A stretch of 36,158 nucleotides of DNA, taken from positions 1-36,158 of the forward strand of contig MCFE01000789.1 in NCBI GenBank assembly GCA_002104905.1, written 5' to 3'. This document shows, piece by piece, positions 1 to 12,464 of this stretch. The stretch's first letter is position 1; each line of letters starts with the position of its first letter. The position numbers and the translations under genes were made by a program. The notes under the pieces are model-generated. The model made no database searches. It was not told the DNA's origin and saw only the letters and a program-made list of their open reading frames with translations. The DNA is from Basidiobolus meristosporus CBS 931.73. Taxonomy: Eukaryota > Fungi > Basidiobolomycota.

Positions 1-1
1 T

Positions 2-238
2 GTGTCATTGTACCTGAAGAGCACCTTCTATTCCCTCCAGGCTATAAGATGGAGGATGAATACCTTATGTCTGGGCTCCAAGTGCCCAATCTGCAAGCAG
101 CCCTTCTACTATACTCATGCTGAAAGATGCTTTGAATTCAAGGATACTGATGCACTCTTCCAGTTTCATACTCAGAGAGCTTTGGTCAGAAGATTAAATT
201 GCCTAATAGCTGCAATTAGACCTGAGCTTCTGCCTTGA
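2..238 (+). pseudogene. C-terminal fragment of a probable non-LTR retrotransposon ORF with a Cys/His knuckle (runs off the window start)
   Basis: RWRMNTLCLGSKCPICKQPFYYTHAERC has a C-x2-C-x7-H-x3-C pattern resembling LINE ORF2 C-termini; it lies in CpG-free DNA; AATAAA at 430-435. No RT motif is visible in the window, so the class is inferred. Confidence 0.4.
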
Positions 239-442
239 AATATCTGTACCACTAACACAAATGATTACCACCTACTATGAGATTACCTTGGCCCTTTCAT
301 GTTCAAGCCACTTTGAGATAATTTTCACACTCTGAACACTCCCAGCTATCCCTCTTTCTTACACAGGCTTTACATCAGCTGGTATTTGCTCCTTTAGCAT
401 GTATGTTCCATTACAATACTCATTATCCCAATAAAGCACTAG

Positions 443-460
443 AACCCTAACCCTAACCCT
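443..460 (+). repeat. Short interstitial telomere-type repeat (AACCCT)x3
   Basis: Direct reading: aaccctaaccctaaccct. Confidence 0.7.
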
Positions 461-479
461 CCCTCAAAGCTTCTCTATT

Positions 480-2039
480 TTCCTTCTCCCAAAACAAGCT
501 TGTTGGAATGAATTCTGACTAACCAATAAATAACTTAGGTCAAAATATATATTTCAACAATCAAAAGCTCTTGTATAGCTACTTGATTCTTGGCTCTAGT
601 TGCTTTTCTTAACACAATCCCATCCATTGATGTAGAGTACTGAGTAATAATAAGTATTGTTAGGATGCTCTGTGCTAGGATCAGGAACTGCTACCTTTGA
701 GACCAAGATCAGGGAGGGAAGAATGGTAGATTTATAGGCTTCTTTACATTTTAGAGCAGCAAGGTGTATTGCAACCACTTGGCTCTCTGCCTTTGCTATT
801 CCGAGGGGGACTAAATCTCTGGGCTCCTTACTCTTTGTACCTTTGGCAGCCTCTACTATAACACTAACACCCTTGCCCTTAATATTCTTTCTGAGTACAC
901 TTTACTACAAGCTTCAAAATGATTACTATGTGTATTAGCTGCACTATCCCAAATATACAGTCTCTCTATACTTGAAGCTATTGGTATCTTTAGCTTTATC
1001 TATTTGGCAGACAAGAGGCAATTTATTTTTGAGTATGCTGGGATAAATGGCATCCTTAACATATCCAGTAATAAGCTCCTCACTACTAGAACAAAGATTC
1101 AAAATTAAACTTTTGAAGTAAAATCACCAGATGAATGCCAGTAAAATACTATCACAATACCAGCAGATTCCTAGCTGAACATTAAAGTAGCTACTGGTGT
1201 GATATACTTAATAGGGAGATAAGTCACAGTAGATAACATGCACTGTATGAAGATAGTTTAGTGCAATGGAAATGATATATATATATTGAGCTTATAGTTT
1301 CACCACTTGTCTATCTTACAGTTCCACATTTCTTATTGTGGAGCATGAGCAATTTATTTAGGACCTAGTAGGTAGTATGTTGAATTGCTTTCACAGCTAA
1401 TCAAGTCCTGGAAATGATTGACACTTGTGAAGCTGTCTAAACGTCCATGGGCTTTGCTCACCATTTCCCAGAACATTTCCCAAGGTCTCCATATGATAAT
1501 ATTTATAAGGCTTCCTTACAGTACAAATACTTTACTTCTACTCTGGATAACACCATGTGATTGCTGTGCAGCTCTTCCAGCTCACCTGATTATTTTCAGT
1601 GCTCCATAGAATCTTGAAATACCAAGTCCCCAAGTTCTAAAGAGTAGAAGGCTCTATTACCAGCTATGGATGCTCACTTTGATATGCTGCGGAAGCAGTT
1701 GAGTGGAGGATAATTGACATGAGTGGAAGCAATGACTTTGACTTGGGCTTATTGAAACTTACTAATTGACAAATTTAGGAGACAAAAATTAACCTTTGGA
1801 ATTGAGGCATAATCAAACTATTACCAAACACAAGGAAGTCCAAATACCCACTCAGTTTAGTTTTCATTAGTGTATATGAATGTAAAAGTCATCAATAACC
1901 CATATCCAGAAACATATACTGGAATAATTTGACAAATCTATATCTATTAGGAAGCAACTAGCCATAGGCAGAAACAAGTGATTCAATTAATTACCAATCA
2001 GATTAAATGTAAAATATCTTGATAAGCTTGAATTAGTGG
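480..2039. mobile_element. Heavily decayed transposon-derived DNA, family unresolved
   Basis: Only 3 CpGs in 1-2039 by hand count (802, 1442, 1690); minus-strand reading near 750-1100 (ELITGYVKDAIYPSILKNK...) is broken by many TAA/TAG stops. Confidence 0.5.
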
Positions 2040-2516
2040 CGATTGTAATGCGATGGTCTGAAGCGATCTGGCAACCGGAACTGCAGCGAACCGTAATGTG
2101 TACTAGCGTGGGAGAAGCAAATTTCGATCCCCTAAAGTAATAACCTTAGTGCAAGCTGAAGTGTGAGAAGCGGTCAAGATTAGAGGGGATGTGGCGCGGT
2201 GGTAACACATACCTCCTAGTATGGAAGAATTTTGATAGACTTGGTGCTTGATGTTGACAATACAACAGATCAATTAATACTCCGTGTGATCAATTTGCCA
2301 TGTGGAGAAACTAGGACAATTAATGGTCAACAATGAAATAACCTTTTGGAATGGGTCGACAAACACCAAACTAGAACGAACCAGTTCCAAGGTGGCTGTA
2401 TGGGCATGTACGCTAAGAAGATTCATATAAAAGTGCGGCAAATTTCGCTGGAGTAGGCCAACCACACCCTTGTCTATTACATTCGTCTTTCATTGCCTGG
2501 GATCATTAAGGCCAAT

Positions 2517-4256
2517 ATGAAGAAAGAAGAAGCAGTTGAATATGGAGCTGACGATAAGGATTATATCTCCACTGAGCCTGCTGCTTATCCCGATAACCAG
2601 GAGAGCAACATTAAATGGTATATGCGTAACCTTTGTACAAGGCAAGGTTGGATAGGAGATTATGACTTTGGATTCCTATGTCTCCCGAACCTGCCAGGAT
2701 TCAGAAAGCAGGCGCCCGCCAAGTTCATCGGAATTAAAGACCGTTTACCATTAGCCGTGGCCATCATTATGGGTTTCCAGCATTGTCTGGCTATGTTGGC
2801 GGGAGTAGTCACCCCTCCGCTCATTCTATCCGGGCCTGGACCCCAGCACATGAACCTCAACACGGAATATCGTTCTTACCTCATTTCAGCTTCGCTGATT
2901 ACCTGTGGCCTGCTATCGATGATCCAGATGACTCGGTGGAGAATCCCGGGCACTCGCTACTACATGGGAACCGGACTCATAACTGTTGTTGGCACCTCAT
3001 TCACCATCATGCCTGTAGCTGAGTCTTCGTTTGCCTATATGTACCAATCAGATTTCTGCCCATCGGTGAAAAATGACATGGGAGTGATCACCCAATACTT
3101 GCCCTGCCCGCAGGCCTATGGCGCGCTACTTGGAACCACCATGGCATGTTCCGTTTTGATGATCCTCATCTCGTTCGTACCCGCCAAAGTGCTGCATAAA
3201 CTGTTTCCTCCACTCGTCACCGGGATCACTGTTACACTGATCGGTGCGCATCTGGTCGGCTCAGGCTTGAAGAACTGGGGAGGTGGCAGTGGGCCTTGCA
3301 TCAACCATCCAGCAAGTGGGAGTTTTATGCGCTGTCCAAATGTTGATGCTCCTAATGCCCTACCATGGGGGCACATCAAGTACATGGGACTTGGCTTCTT
3401 GGTGTTTATTTCGATCATTCTTTTTGATATCTTTGGCTCCCATTTTATGCGATCCGCCGAAGTAGTGCTTGGCTTGATTGTTGGATTGGTCGTCTCTTGG
3501 ACCACTGGATACGTAAATACCCAGGTCATTAACGACGCGCCTGTTGTCACTTTTCTATGGGTCAAAACATTCCCGCTAAGTATCTACACGCCAGCAATCA
3601 TTCCCATGCTGGTGATTTACATGTTGATTGCAGTGGAATCTATTGGTACAATCACTGCATGTTGCGACGTCTCCGGTGTAGAGGTTTCTGGGCCGGTATT
3701 TGAGACACGCATCCAAGGAGGAGTGTTAGCTGACGGCCTAAATAGTCTGCTTGCGGGAGCTTTCACTAACCCTCCTATGTCGACCTTTGCTCAGAACAAT
3801 GGGATTGTGGCATTGACACGCTGCGCTAACCTGACCACCGGATACGCCTGTTGCTTCTTCCTTGTCTTCATGGGGGTTTTCTCGAAGTTGGCCTCGGTAT
3901 TTCTGGCCATTCCCGAGTCTGTTCTTGGAGGGATGACAACGTTCCTTTTTGCTAATGTTTTGGTCTCCGGAATCCGTATTCTTTCTTATCTTAAGTGGAC
4001 CCGTCGTGATCGCTTTATAGCAGCTGCTTCCATGACTCTAGGAATGGGCACTACAATCAAGGATGACTGGTTCTCATATGCACTCACCGCATACAAAGGC
4101 TCAAACACCACAGTCAATGGACTAATCATTTCCGCAGAGATGATAGTCAATTCAGGATTCACAATTGCTGCACTAATTGCCATCATACTTAACCTGGTGA
4201 TGCCCAAAGAACCAGAAGACCTCGACAATGAAGAGAGTCAAGGCCATCCAGTCTAA
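2517..4256 (+). CDS. NCS2/NAT-family uric acid-xanthine permease (UapA/UapC-like), single exon, 579 aa
   Basis: First true ATG at 2517 (the ORF-track start at 2493 is TTG); QH motif in TM1 (GFQHCLAM); NAT signature STFAQNNGIVALT; many hydrophobic TM segments. Confidence 0.93.
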   Translation: MKKEEAVEYGADDKDYISTEPAAYPDNQESNIKWYMRNLCTRQGWIGDYDFGFLCLPNLPGFRKQAPAKFIGIKDRLPLAVAIIMGFQHCLAMLAGVVTPPLILSGPGPQHMNLNTEYRSYLISASLITCGLLSMIQMTRWRIPGTRYYMGTGLITVVGTSFTIMPVAESSFAYMYQSDFCPSVKNDMGVITQYLPCPQAYGALLGTTMACSVLMILISFVPAKVLHKLFPPLVTGITVTLIGAHLVGSGLKNWGGGSGPCINHPASGSFMRCPNVDAPNALPWGHIKYMGLGFLVFISIILFDIFGSHFMRSAEVVLGLIVGLVVSWTTGYVNTQVINDAPVVTFLWVKTFPLSIYTPAIIPMLVIYMLIAVESIGTITACCDVSGVEVSGPVFETRIQGGVLADGLNSLLAGAFTNPPMSTFAQNNGIVALTRCANLTTGYACCFFLVFMGVFSKLASVFLAIPESVLGGMTTFLFANVLVSGIRILSYLKWTRRDRFIAAASMTLGMGTTIKDDWFSYALTAYKGSNTTVNGLIISAEMIVNSGFTIAALIAIILNLVMPKEPEDLDNEESQGHPV

Positions 4257-4277
4257 TGGAGTTTCGAGTTAACATGG

Positions 4278-4292
4278 ATATATATATATATA
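4278..4292. repeat. (AT)n microsatellite just downstream of the permease stop
   Basis: Direct reading: atatatatatatata. Confidence 0.85.
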
Positions 4293-6444
4293 CATTCCAA
4301 ACTTTATCACTTCCTCTCTGATACTGACAATGTTGAGACCGAGTTGGCGTAGCAAGCCGAGAACCCTCAACAATGGCTTGTAGTCACACCTGCGATTGTT
4401 GTCAAAATTGATCCCAAATTAAAGGCGCTATTCAACAAATATTTATTGGTGAAATGTATAAAAGAATCAGCATGTGCACTGGCCATGCTTGTGTCAGAGC
4501 TTCTCAACAGTGTCAACCACCCAGCACGGACCATTACAGCAGTATACATGCTTACCACACAGACTAGCTCTACCTCTGGAATCTAGGTATAAAGCGCAAA
4601 CCATGGTGTCAAGCACGTAGTGTCCGCTTCCTCTCGACCTGGGATTGGATACTAATATGGTAATCGGGAACTATTCGTGGTAGGCCGGTGCCAGGTTTAG
4701 CATACCCCCACTGCAATAGTGACCGAAAAACTGCCTACCATGGTGAATGTCTTGATAATGACCAAGCCGTGTTTGGACTGACGCAGAATGATGCATCGGG
4801 CGCCATATTCATATCAACTAGATTCCTCAGCAATGCTTGGTTGGTAAATACCACAACTTCGAATTGCTTTGCTCTGCTCTTACTTACCCACACCTGCCAC
4901 TAAGAAGAGTCCTGGATTGATTGCTATCAGCAGGATAGGGAAACTTTTCGCAATAACGCTGTGCCATACACTGGAGACTCGCGAGTATTTTTGGCTGCTT
5001 CAGAGGACATTTTGGAAGATGTATGTGAATTTAGTTGAAGGCTTTAGATCCCATCTGATTGAAGTACCAATCTCTGCTTGAACCATTATCCATGTTGTCT
5101 CAGGTACTCCGGCCCATTGGCACGCCACGCCGGCAATTTGATCGAGATGTTGGAGCTTGGTTCTCACATACCCTCACCACCACAGCACAACCAAACCAAA
5201 TGAGAAATCGATTCTGGCGCGGAATCAGTTCCATGATGCATCAAAGCCGAGCAAAAGACGTCTATAGAATTCGATTCACTTGGGATCTACGCGGCCAGCA
5301 GCAGTAGTATTTTTATCGAGTGGAAGCATGCAAGCTAATCTCCTGTACCCTTCTGTGGTTACGAGCGAGGCGATTGAGCACAAAAGCAGCCATCGCTCTG
5401 CGAGTGACCAGGCCATGAACCTCTGTAGAGCTACTTCCCATTTGGCGTTGTGTCGTCAAATATAGCCAACCGCAAGGTGGATGATCCGCCACTATTGGTT
5501 GCATTCAAGATGGGCCGAATACGCTCCCTGCTAACCAACCACGAATGACTTAACCCAGCCGATCAGAAATTTCGAAGCCGCCTTTGCATAATGTGTGGTA
5601 GTTCCTTCCCCCACGTGCTAGCTGATGCTCAACTTGCCACAAGAAGAATGACCTAATGCTAGTTCAAGAGTGCGACAACGGAATGCTTATCAGTTGAAAT
5701 GTACGTGTGCAAGGCTGATTGGTTAGACTGGTGTCAAGGCACCTCATCTCTGTAACAATGTTTATTATTATCCCTTCGCCGAAGCAAAGGTGGTGACTGG
5801 TGTTCTGACCAAGGTCACGATTTTGGAGGAGGATTTGGTTTAGGACGACACATACACTATCCATTGATCGCATGCATTAACCATCATCATTTGCAGAGTA
5901 CACTAAAGTAAGATGCATCACATATACGAGCTAACAGCTGGACATGTTGAGTTGATCATGATGTTGAACCAGATAATAGGGTCAGAAAGAATAATGGCCT
6001 ACACATAACATCGATCCCCATCACCCCGCACTCCATCAAGTTCCATGGCAAGAAGTGTTTGCCTCACTGGCCACTCAAAGTGTATAGCCTGCGTGGTCTC
6101 GGCGTGGATGTAACCACTATCACCACATGAAAGACAGCTCTGGTGGTTGGAAAGTCTTTAATGCTAGTAGCAATGATCGATACAAGAGCATTAATACAAC
6201 CTCGAATTGATTACAAGGCGGGATAGTAAGGAAGATAGAAGTCAGTATGGACATGGCTAAACCACTGGTGGATTGACAAATGGTTTGTATAGTAACCGGA
6301 AAATTGGTGAATACAAAGTGAATATTAAAATTGAACCTATGACTCCTTGCTTGACTCAACAGGGGCTCTAAACGTTGGTGCAACCTTGCCCTTGGAACAT
6401 ATCAAACTGCGAAGCCAGGAGACCTAGAGGGTTGTGGGGTTAGA

Positions 6445-7233
6445 TTACTCAGGGTGGTCAGGTGGGATATCTGGAATTACCTCATCTTCCAGAAGATTTA
6501 ACTTTTCGATGGCGCTGAATTTCTCCAGTTTGGCCTGGTTGAGATCGAATTCCAGTTGGTTGATCTGCTTCGAAAACGGGTTTTCCAACTCCAGCTGATG
6601 TACTTTCTTCTCCAATAAGCTGCATCTTTCAAGAATCTCCTTTTCCTTCTGTTTTCGGCGGTCGCGGAATTTGGCCGAAGCGGTTGCGTTTTTCTTCCTT
6701 TTCTCCGCCAGTATGCGTCCAGCGGATATCTCGTCGAAGGATCTGGACCGGCTCTTGACTCTGCTACCCGTGTCTTCGGCTGCTCTTTCTTGCATCGTGT
6801 ACGGTAGATGGTAGGAGGGCTCACTTGGGGTTTCCTCGGGGCTCGGGTTGTTCAAGGCCAATATGTTCTCGATTCGGCTATCCGGAGTTAGTCCTCTAAA
6901 CCCTGAGGTGTACATGTCGGAGGAAGCAGCCGTGCTTGTCAGCCTGGAATGCTCGGGTAGAATCTCTGTTGTAGGGAAGGGGAGTGACTTCTGGCACTCG
7001 GGAGGGAATGATGACAGAGGGGGTAGACATCTTGGTATTGGTGATTTATCTGAGGACATGACGGAAGGGGGACTCGCTGTTATCGCATTAACCACACCGC
7101 TCAATACGCACTGTACACAAACGTCAACTTGGAAACCATTCCACGGCCACGCATCAGATTTATATACTGTGCCCCATCGAACCTTTTTTCCATTGAAATG
7201 ATGCAATATTTGCTCCGAACCCCTTAAAAGCAT
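6445..7233 (-). CDS. bZIP transcription factor, MetR/Cys-3/Zip1-like basic region
   Basis: Basic region EKRKKNATASAKFRDRRKQKE followed by a leucine heptad (LEKKVHQLELEN...); resembles the N-x-A-S-A-R-F-R motif of fungal sulfur-regulator bZIPs. The start may instead be the ATG at 7059 (MSSDKSP). Confidence 0.82.
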   Translation of the reverse strand: MLLRGSEQILHHFNGKKVRWGTVYKSDAWPWNGFQVDVCVQCVLSGVVNAITASPPSVMSSDKSPIPRCLPPLSSFPPECQKSLPFPTTEILPEHSRLTSTAASSDMYTSGFRGLTPDSRIENILALNNPSPEETPSEPSYHLPYTMQERAAEDTGSRVKSRSRSFDEISAGRILAEKRKKNATASAKFRDRRKQKEKEILERCSLLEKKVHQLELENPFSKQINQLEFDLNQAKLEKFSAIEKLNLLEDEVIPDIPPDHPE

Positions 7234-9920
7234 AGATTGACACCTTTATCACTCAAGAGTTGTGCTAAATCTTGCCCAAAATCACCTCATTCCATTCGAT
7301 TTATTTCGTGGTAAAACGGGCTGCCAAATATGGTATGAGCCATCTGTCCCGCTCACCTGGATTTCTCTTGTGACAGTCACTTTTCGCTGTCATGTGAGCC
7401 ATCCGGGTTCTGGGAAAACAACGAAGGACACTAGGCTGGGCGGCCATGAACCCCCAGCAGCACTGGACGGCATTGGAGGCAGGTCCAAGCTCATCACACA
7501 CACATCATGAGTCCTTGGCGGAGCGCAGCCCTACGAGACGCTGGCTCAGCTAGCGGAAACAACCAATGCACTATCACTCCGTCCTCAGACCTATCAATCA
7601 TGATGCATCGAGCAGCAAATCAAGTGAATCAACGCAAGCCCTGGCGCGACACAGCAACTGCTCCAAGGGTAGGCCCAGGATTCGCAACACTCCCAACCTG
7701 CAAATGAGATTACCGATGGTTCTGGTGGATTTTTTCACGGATGCCAACTCTGTGCATGCAGAGCGAATAGCATCTTGTCCTCGGGTGCACATCTAACCAC
7801 TTGCAGATTGTGCTACGCAAGCCTGACGCCAATCAAATCCAGGTTATTCTAGCGTTGCATAATATGCATCCTTGGTTAGCTACCACGCTTGGTGAACATT
7901 TGGTGGGGAGAGGACTACTCTGTCCGGGGGGGGACATCAGATATTCACCACGACGAATCATGTCTTGTGCCCTTATCAATCTCTCTTATGGTGCCTCTCC
8001 AATCTCCAGCCGATCCAGTACAATTCTCCCAAGCTACACATTAGGAAATCGGCTGGATTTCCACTCTCGCGTTAGCCTTGGAGTCTGCCATATTCGCTGA
8101 TTATTCCTGAACGATTTCGCGCTCTCCCCCATATCAGTAGCATTAAGTAGAGTGCTACAGGTGACATCACAGGCTTCTTGATTGGATGGCAAATATCCAA
8201 ATGTGATGGTGCTGGCCAGGCATCGATTGAATGATATTCAGCAATGGTTCGATCAGATGCAACTTGGATTTGTTATATTGGCGCTCTTTTCGTGATTGCC
8301 AGTGATTCCGCATCGCCCCTTGCCCACTTTATTTTGAAACCGTCTTTCCTTTCTACGTAGCCAGATCCTTTTCCAGACTAAAGCCCCTATGTTCAGGTAT
8401 GATGTTACATGGGCAAGGGGCTGTATCGTGAAACCAAGCCAGGTTCGCTGATGTTGAGGGGGGTCGTAGGAGGCATGGAAAGGCCCAGGAGATCTAATCA
8501 ATATTGGATGTGCATCTTTCCATTGGAGTATAGCATGGATTAAATCAGTGGTGCATTTGATTTAAACTGCTGCTATTGGTACTGAATAAATTGCGAAATA
8601 GGCCCCATCTACTTAATGCTGCATATGAAAGCATTAGCACCTCTGCAGCGCTCCCCGCCTACCTAATCGGCGTCCAGCAGTGGGCGTCGTTGATCTAACG
8701 GTGTGTATTGCTATAAGGCAGGCGATACTTGCTAATACAGCCTGTCACCACCATTCCCCTCATTTCTTTGTAAAATTCTAGAAGGCGTTCTTATCGCGAA
8801 CAGAGGCCGCAGTCTCTGCGATGGTATGTCGTATTTTAGGAGATTGACTATTGCATCCCATGACCTGGATATTTATTAGATTACCTGCTGGGCTACTTCC
8901 TTGGTGTCAGATGGGATACACGAGAAAGGAAGTAGTCATTGGACAGAGCTCGGATGGCCATATATTTATTTGATTTGGCTAGGCGAGATCATACGGTAAT
9001 CCTACGAGGCTAAATGCCGTTTCGGTCCATGTTATTGAAGTGGGATGTTTGTGAATCCAGATGATTATGTATATTGCAAATTCCGTGAAGAATCGATGTT
9101 TCGAATAGAGGAGCATGTCGACTTATCGAGGGCAGAATGAATCATCCCAGCGCGCTGTCCGGGCTACCCAATGTACGGTGAGGCTAGCGCTCTGATTGGC
9201 TTCATGCATATGGCGCCGATGACATTTGCTGGCGTTCTGTTTTTATGGGTTTTTCCGTAGTGCCTTGGCATTGACCATGAACCAAGCCAGGGCAGAAGCA
9301 TCCCTGTGAGGGTCTGAGCGGATGAATGGGACTGGGATTGGAGCCCACCGGATTCTTTTATCAGCTTTCATGGCTGCGATTTCCACTCAGGTAAATCATG
9401 GCTGCTCTCAGGAATCTCTGGTAAAGGGGAATGCAGCAGACTCTCAGACCCAGTCATCTATGTGTTTCCCAATCTCCGCTCACGCCATCATAGAAAATGG
9501 AGGCGGCACTGGTGGGAATCCGCTTGATCTCTGGTTGGTCTGATCCGGCGAAGATCAATATTCCATGGAGCCACCGGGCCAAGCCACATCTGCGTATGCC
9601 TTACTGCAAAATACGCGATGAGACTGTCCCCCAGGGTTGGGTCCAATCGAAACGCTCGAACGGTGGGAACTCGTACTCAATTGCCCTCACACACTGATAA
9701 TGTCATGGGAGCCGAGAATTTGTGGGAACTACTGATGGCGGTTAGAGAGGCTAGTGGAATTTTATGTATAACTACTATTACAACAGAGGGTACAGCTGAA
9801 GACTGTCGGTCGAGGAAGAATGATGCACAGATATGAATAGACTTGGTTAATAAAGTAGGGTGCTGGTCAGATGTCAGCTACATGATGAATCTTCGTTGGG
9901 TAAGAATGGGCCGATGCCTA

Positions 9921-10740
9921 TCATAAGCGATCCTGAGGGACACCAGCTCTGATCAACAAGCGGTCCTGATCTATGGAGCTGTACCTTGGTAGTGAGTTTA
10001 TTGCTGACCTAACACTATCAATCGTTTTGTAAGTGGGTGCCTGGTCAAGCGGTATCCCGTACTCGACCGTACGATACGTGGGCGACGGACCGAAGGGTAG
10101 CTGGGCAACCACCCCGTTCCCGTATTGGCTCGGCTGCACATCACCACGGCTTCCTAACTGAGCAACCGCGTTCAACACTTCCGTATTCACAATGTAGCGA
10201 GACTTGGTACTGCTCGCCCAGCAACGATCTATGAACGGCAGGATATCCTTGATCTTTCTGCCGGATTCGATGACGACTATCCGGGTGTTGTCGTAGTACT
10301 CCGGCGACCCGGGAACTGGCTCAGTGTAGTCTTGATTTTTGGACGACCGCACGAGGATGCGACAGGGCGAAAAGGGGAAGTTGTATACGCTCGAGATCTC
10401 GAAGGTGACGTCTCGTCGAACATGACGTTGCGAAGGGTTCTTCACCTCGACCACGATGTCCTGGTGCCCATTTAGCCACCTCAGTATGCTTTTCTTGAAC
10501 CCGATAAACACGAACTTCGGATGGTTGGCTGACAAACCTATCTTGGAGAGCAGAGGAGGAGTGACCACTCTCGTGAACAGGCCGCTGATTCCGTCGTTGC
10601 AATCTGTACTTTGAATAGAGGTGGGGTTGGGTTGTTTTGAGTTTGCCTATTCAGTGGAAGGGGAGAAACACGACCAAGTTACCTTCTAAATATCCGTAAC
10701 GCATGACCGTCGCTGCTCCCTCGGCACCGATAAGTGAATT
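9921..10740 (-). CDS. Hypothetical protein, no family recognised; 5' exon structure uncertain
   Basis: Stop-free frame 9921-10603 with C/G-ending codon bias; a candidate intron 10682-10604 (GTAACT...TACAG) joins it in frame to a 58-nt upstream exon (10740-10683, NSLIGAEGAATVMRYGYLE). Confidence 0.6.
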
Positions 10741-12464
10741 CTGCTTTAACAAGGCCACCCAAGCAATGGTCAGCAGGCAACCAAACGGGAACGTGTGGAG
10801 TACACCAGAAAGGGGATGGAGGGATGGAATGAAAGATGAGGGGATGAACAGGAATTAAGGTTGGATTATATGAGAGGTGTGTGCTCCTTGATCTTAGGGT
10901 TGAACAATCAAAAACCCCTACCGAAATGGCCGAAACCGGTAAGTGAGAAACATGTCTATTTCGCTTAATTTCGCCAGCAGTTTGGCTGTGTTGATACGGC
11001 TTCTAGAAGGACTCTTCGCGTTCTGTCTGGGAGGCGGTGCGAATATCCTTGGCATTTCGCGGTGAAACACCTGTGATCTCGAGCCCAAACGGGGGTTGTT
11101 TCGCTCCTCAGCCAGAAGCAAAATACCGCATTGGTTGAGATCTACGAGACTTGAAAGGGATTGGTGGATGCCGCTCCCACCTTTTTAATCTAATTAAGTT
11201 GGAGTTTCCTCTTTGGTAAAATGGATGCCACTCCCATCGCCATCGTAACACAGCAACACGCCTTTGGGAAGCGGATTTTCGATGGACGGAGAGGAGCCCG
11301 CACGGGTTGAATCAAGCGAAGGCATCACAGGAACAGCGGCAAGCGATGCACGTCCGCAGTAGAGAATGGACGACTGGCGCAGCACGACCGCCCATCCTGA
11401 TGTGAGATTACTGGATGGTATGAGCCATTTCTTCTAGCCATCACAAACCCCACCCGTTGGCCACCGAGTGATGTTCTGATCTTACCATCATCATCATCCT
11501 TCGAGAGATCTCCGTGGCCAACCCTATGGAGGCATGGCGGGTTGTCCCACCATAATAGGCATGATTCCATCAGCTGATTGGTGTTCGATTTGGATGGAGC
11601 AACCGTGATTCTGTAGCAAGAGTGCCTGATCTGTCACTGCACTCTTCACGGTGCCTGCTGTTTGCTATCTGCCAAACCGTAGTCGCTAGGGCGGATTTTT
11701 GACTGCCGAACTTTCAGAGAAACATATCGACCGATGGCGAAACGCCTGGCGCAGTGAATATTCCTCCATTTGCGGCCTGTAAATTTTCCTTTCCATCTGG
11801 TGTCGTTGGTATGGCGGGTATTTCCAGGCGGAGCTTGGGATATTCGAGGGATACAGCGGTAGGAAATTCCCAGACTACGACACCGGATCCCCATCAGGTT
11901 GTGATGGTGCTGTGGCTTAGTATTTGTTAGGTCCAGCCAGCTGATGATTGTTAGATGGATGGATAAGGGTAGCACACCACTTTCCGGTTATTGTTATGAT
12001 ATGGCCACCTTTATCAAGGCGGTCACTTTCACGAGACTAGTCAACATGGTCACAACTGTTCATTAAGCCGGTGCGTAACAAATGAGTCATAATAAAGGCC
12101 ATGCACTTGGGGCAGGATGCGCTGGTTGACGTGAGAAAGGTTAAGAGCGCTGGAATTCAAATGGGTCGGTGTCGTTGAACTTTCCTTACTCCTTTGGGCC
12201 TGCAGATGACAAGCACTCTGGGCTACGGCCACCAAATCCACCAGAATATCGCTTGTTTGGTGGTAAGGAGGGGTAGATAAGACCTCTTGACCATTTTTGT
12301 GGCTGTTGAGAATACGGCCGGGCGAACGGTGAGCTTGGTATGCAAACGCAATGAATTTAGAGCTGGAGTTTATTCGCCAATAGTTATAGTATTCTCTTAT
12401 GAATGAACTTGATGATTGCAGTTTATGCCCATGCCAGAGAGACTTGATGCCATCAACAAGCGAG

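Noticed and set aside
2044-2207. TGTAA...TAACA segment as a tiny solo LTR upstream of the permease
   Set aside because: Flanks (gcgat / catac) give no TSD, and the segment retains CpGs like unique DNA.
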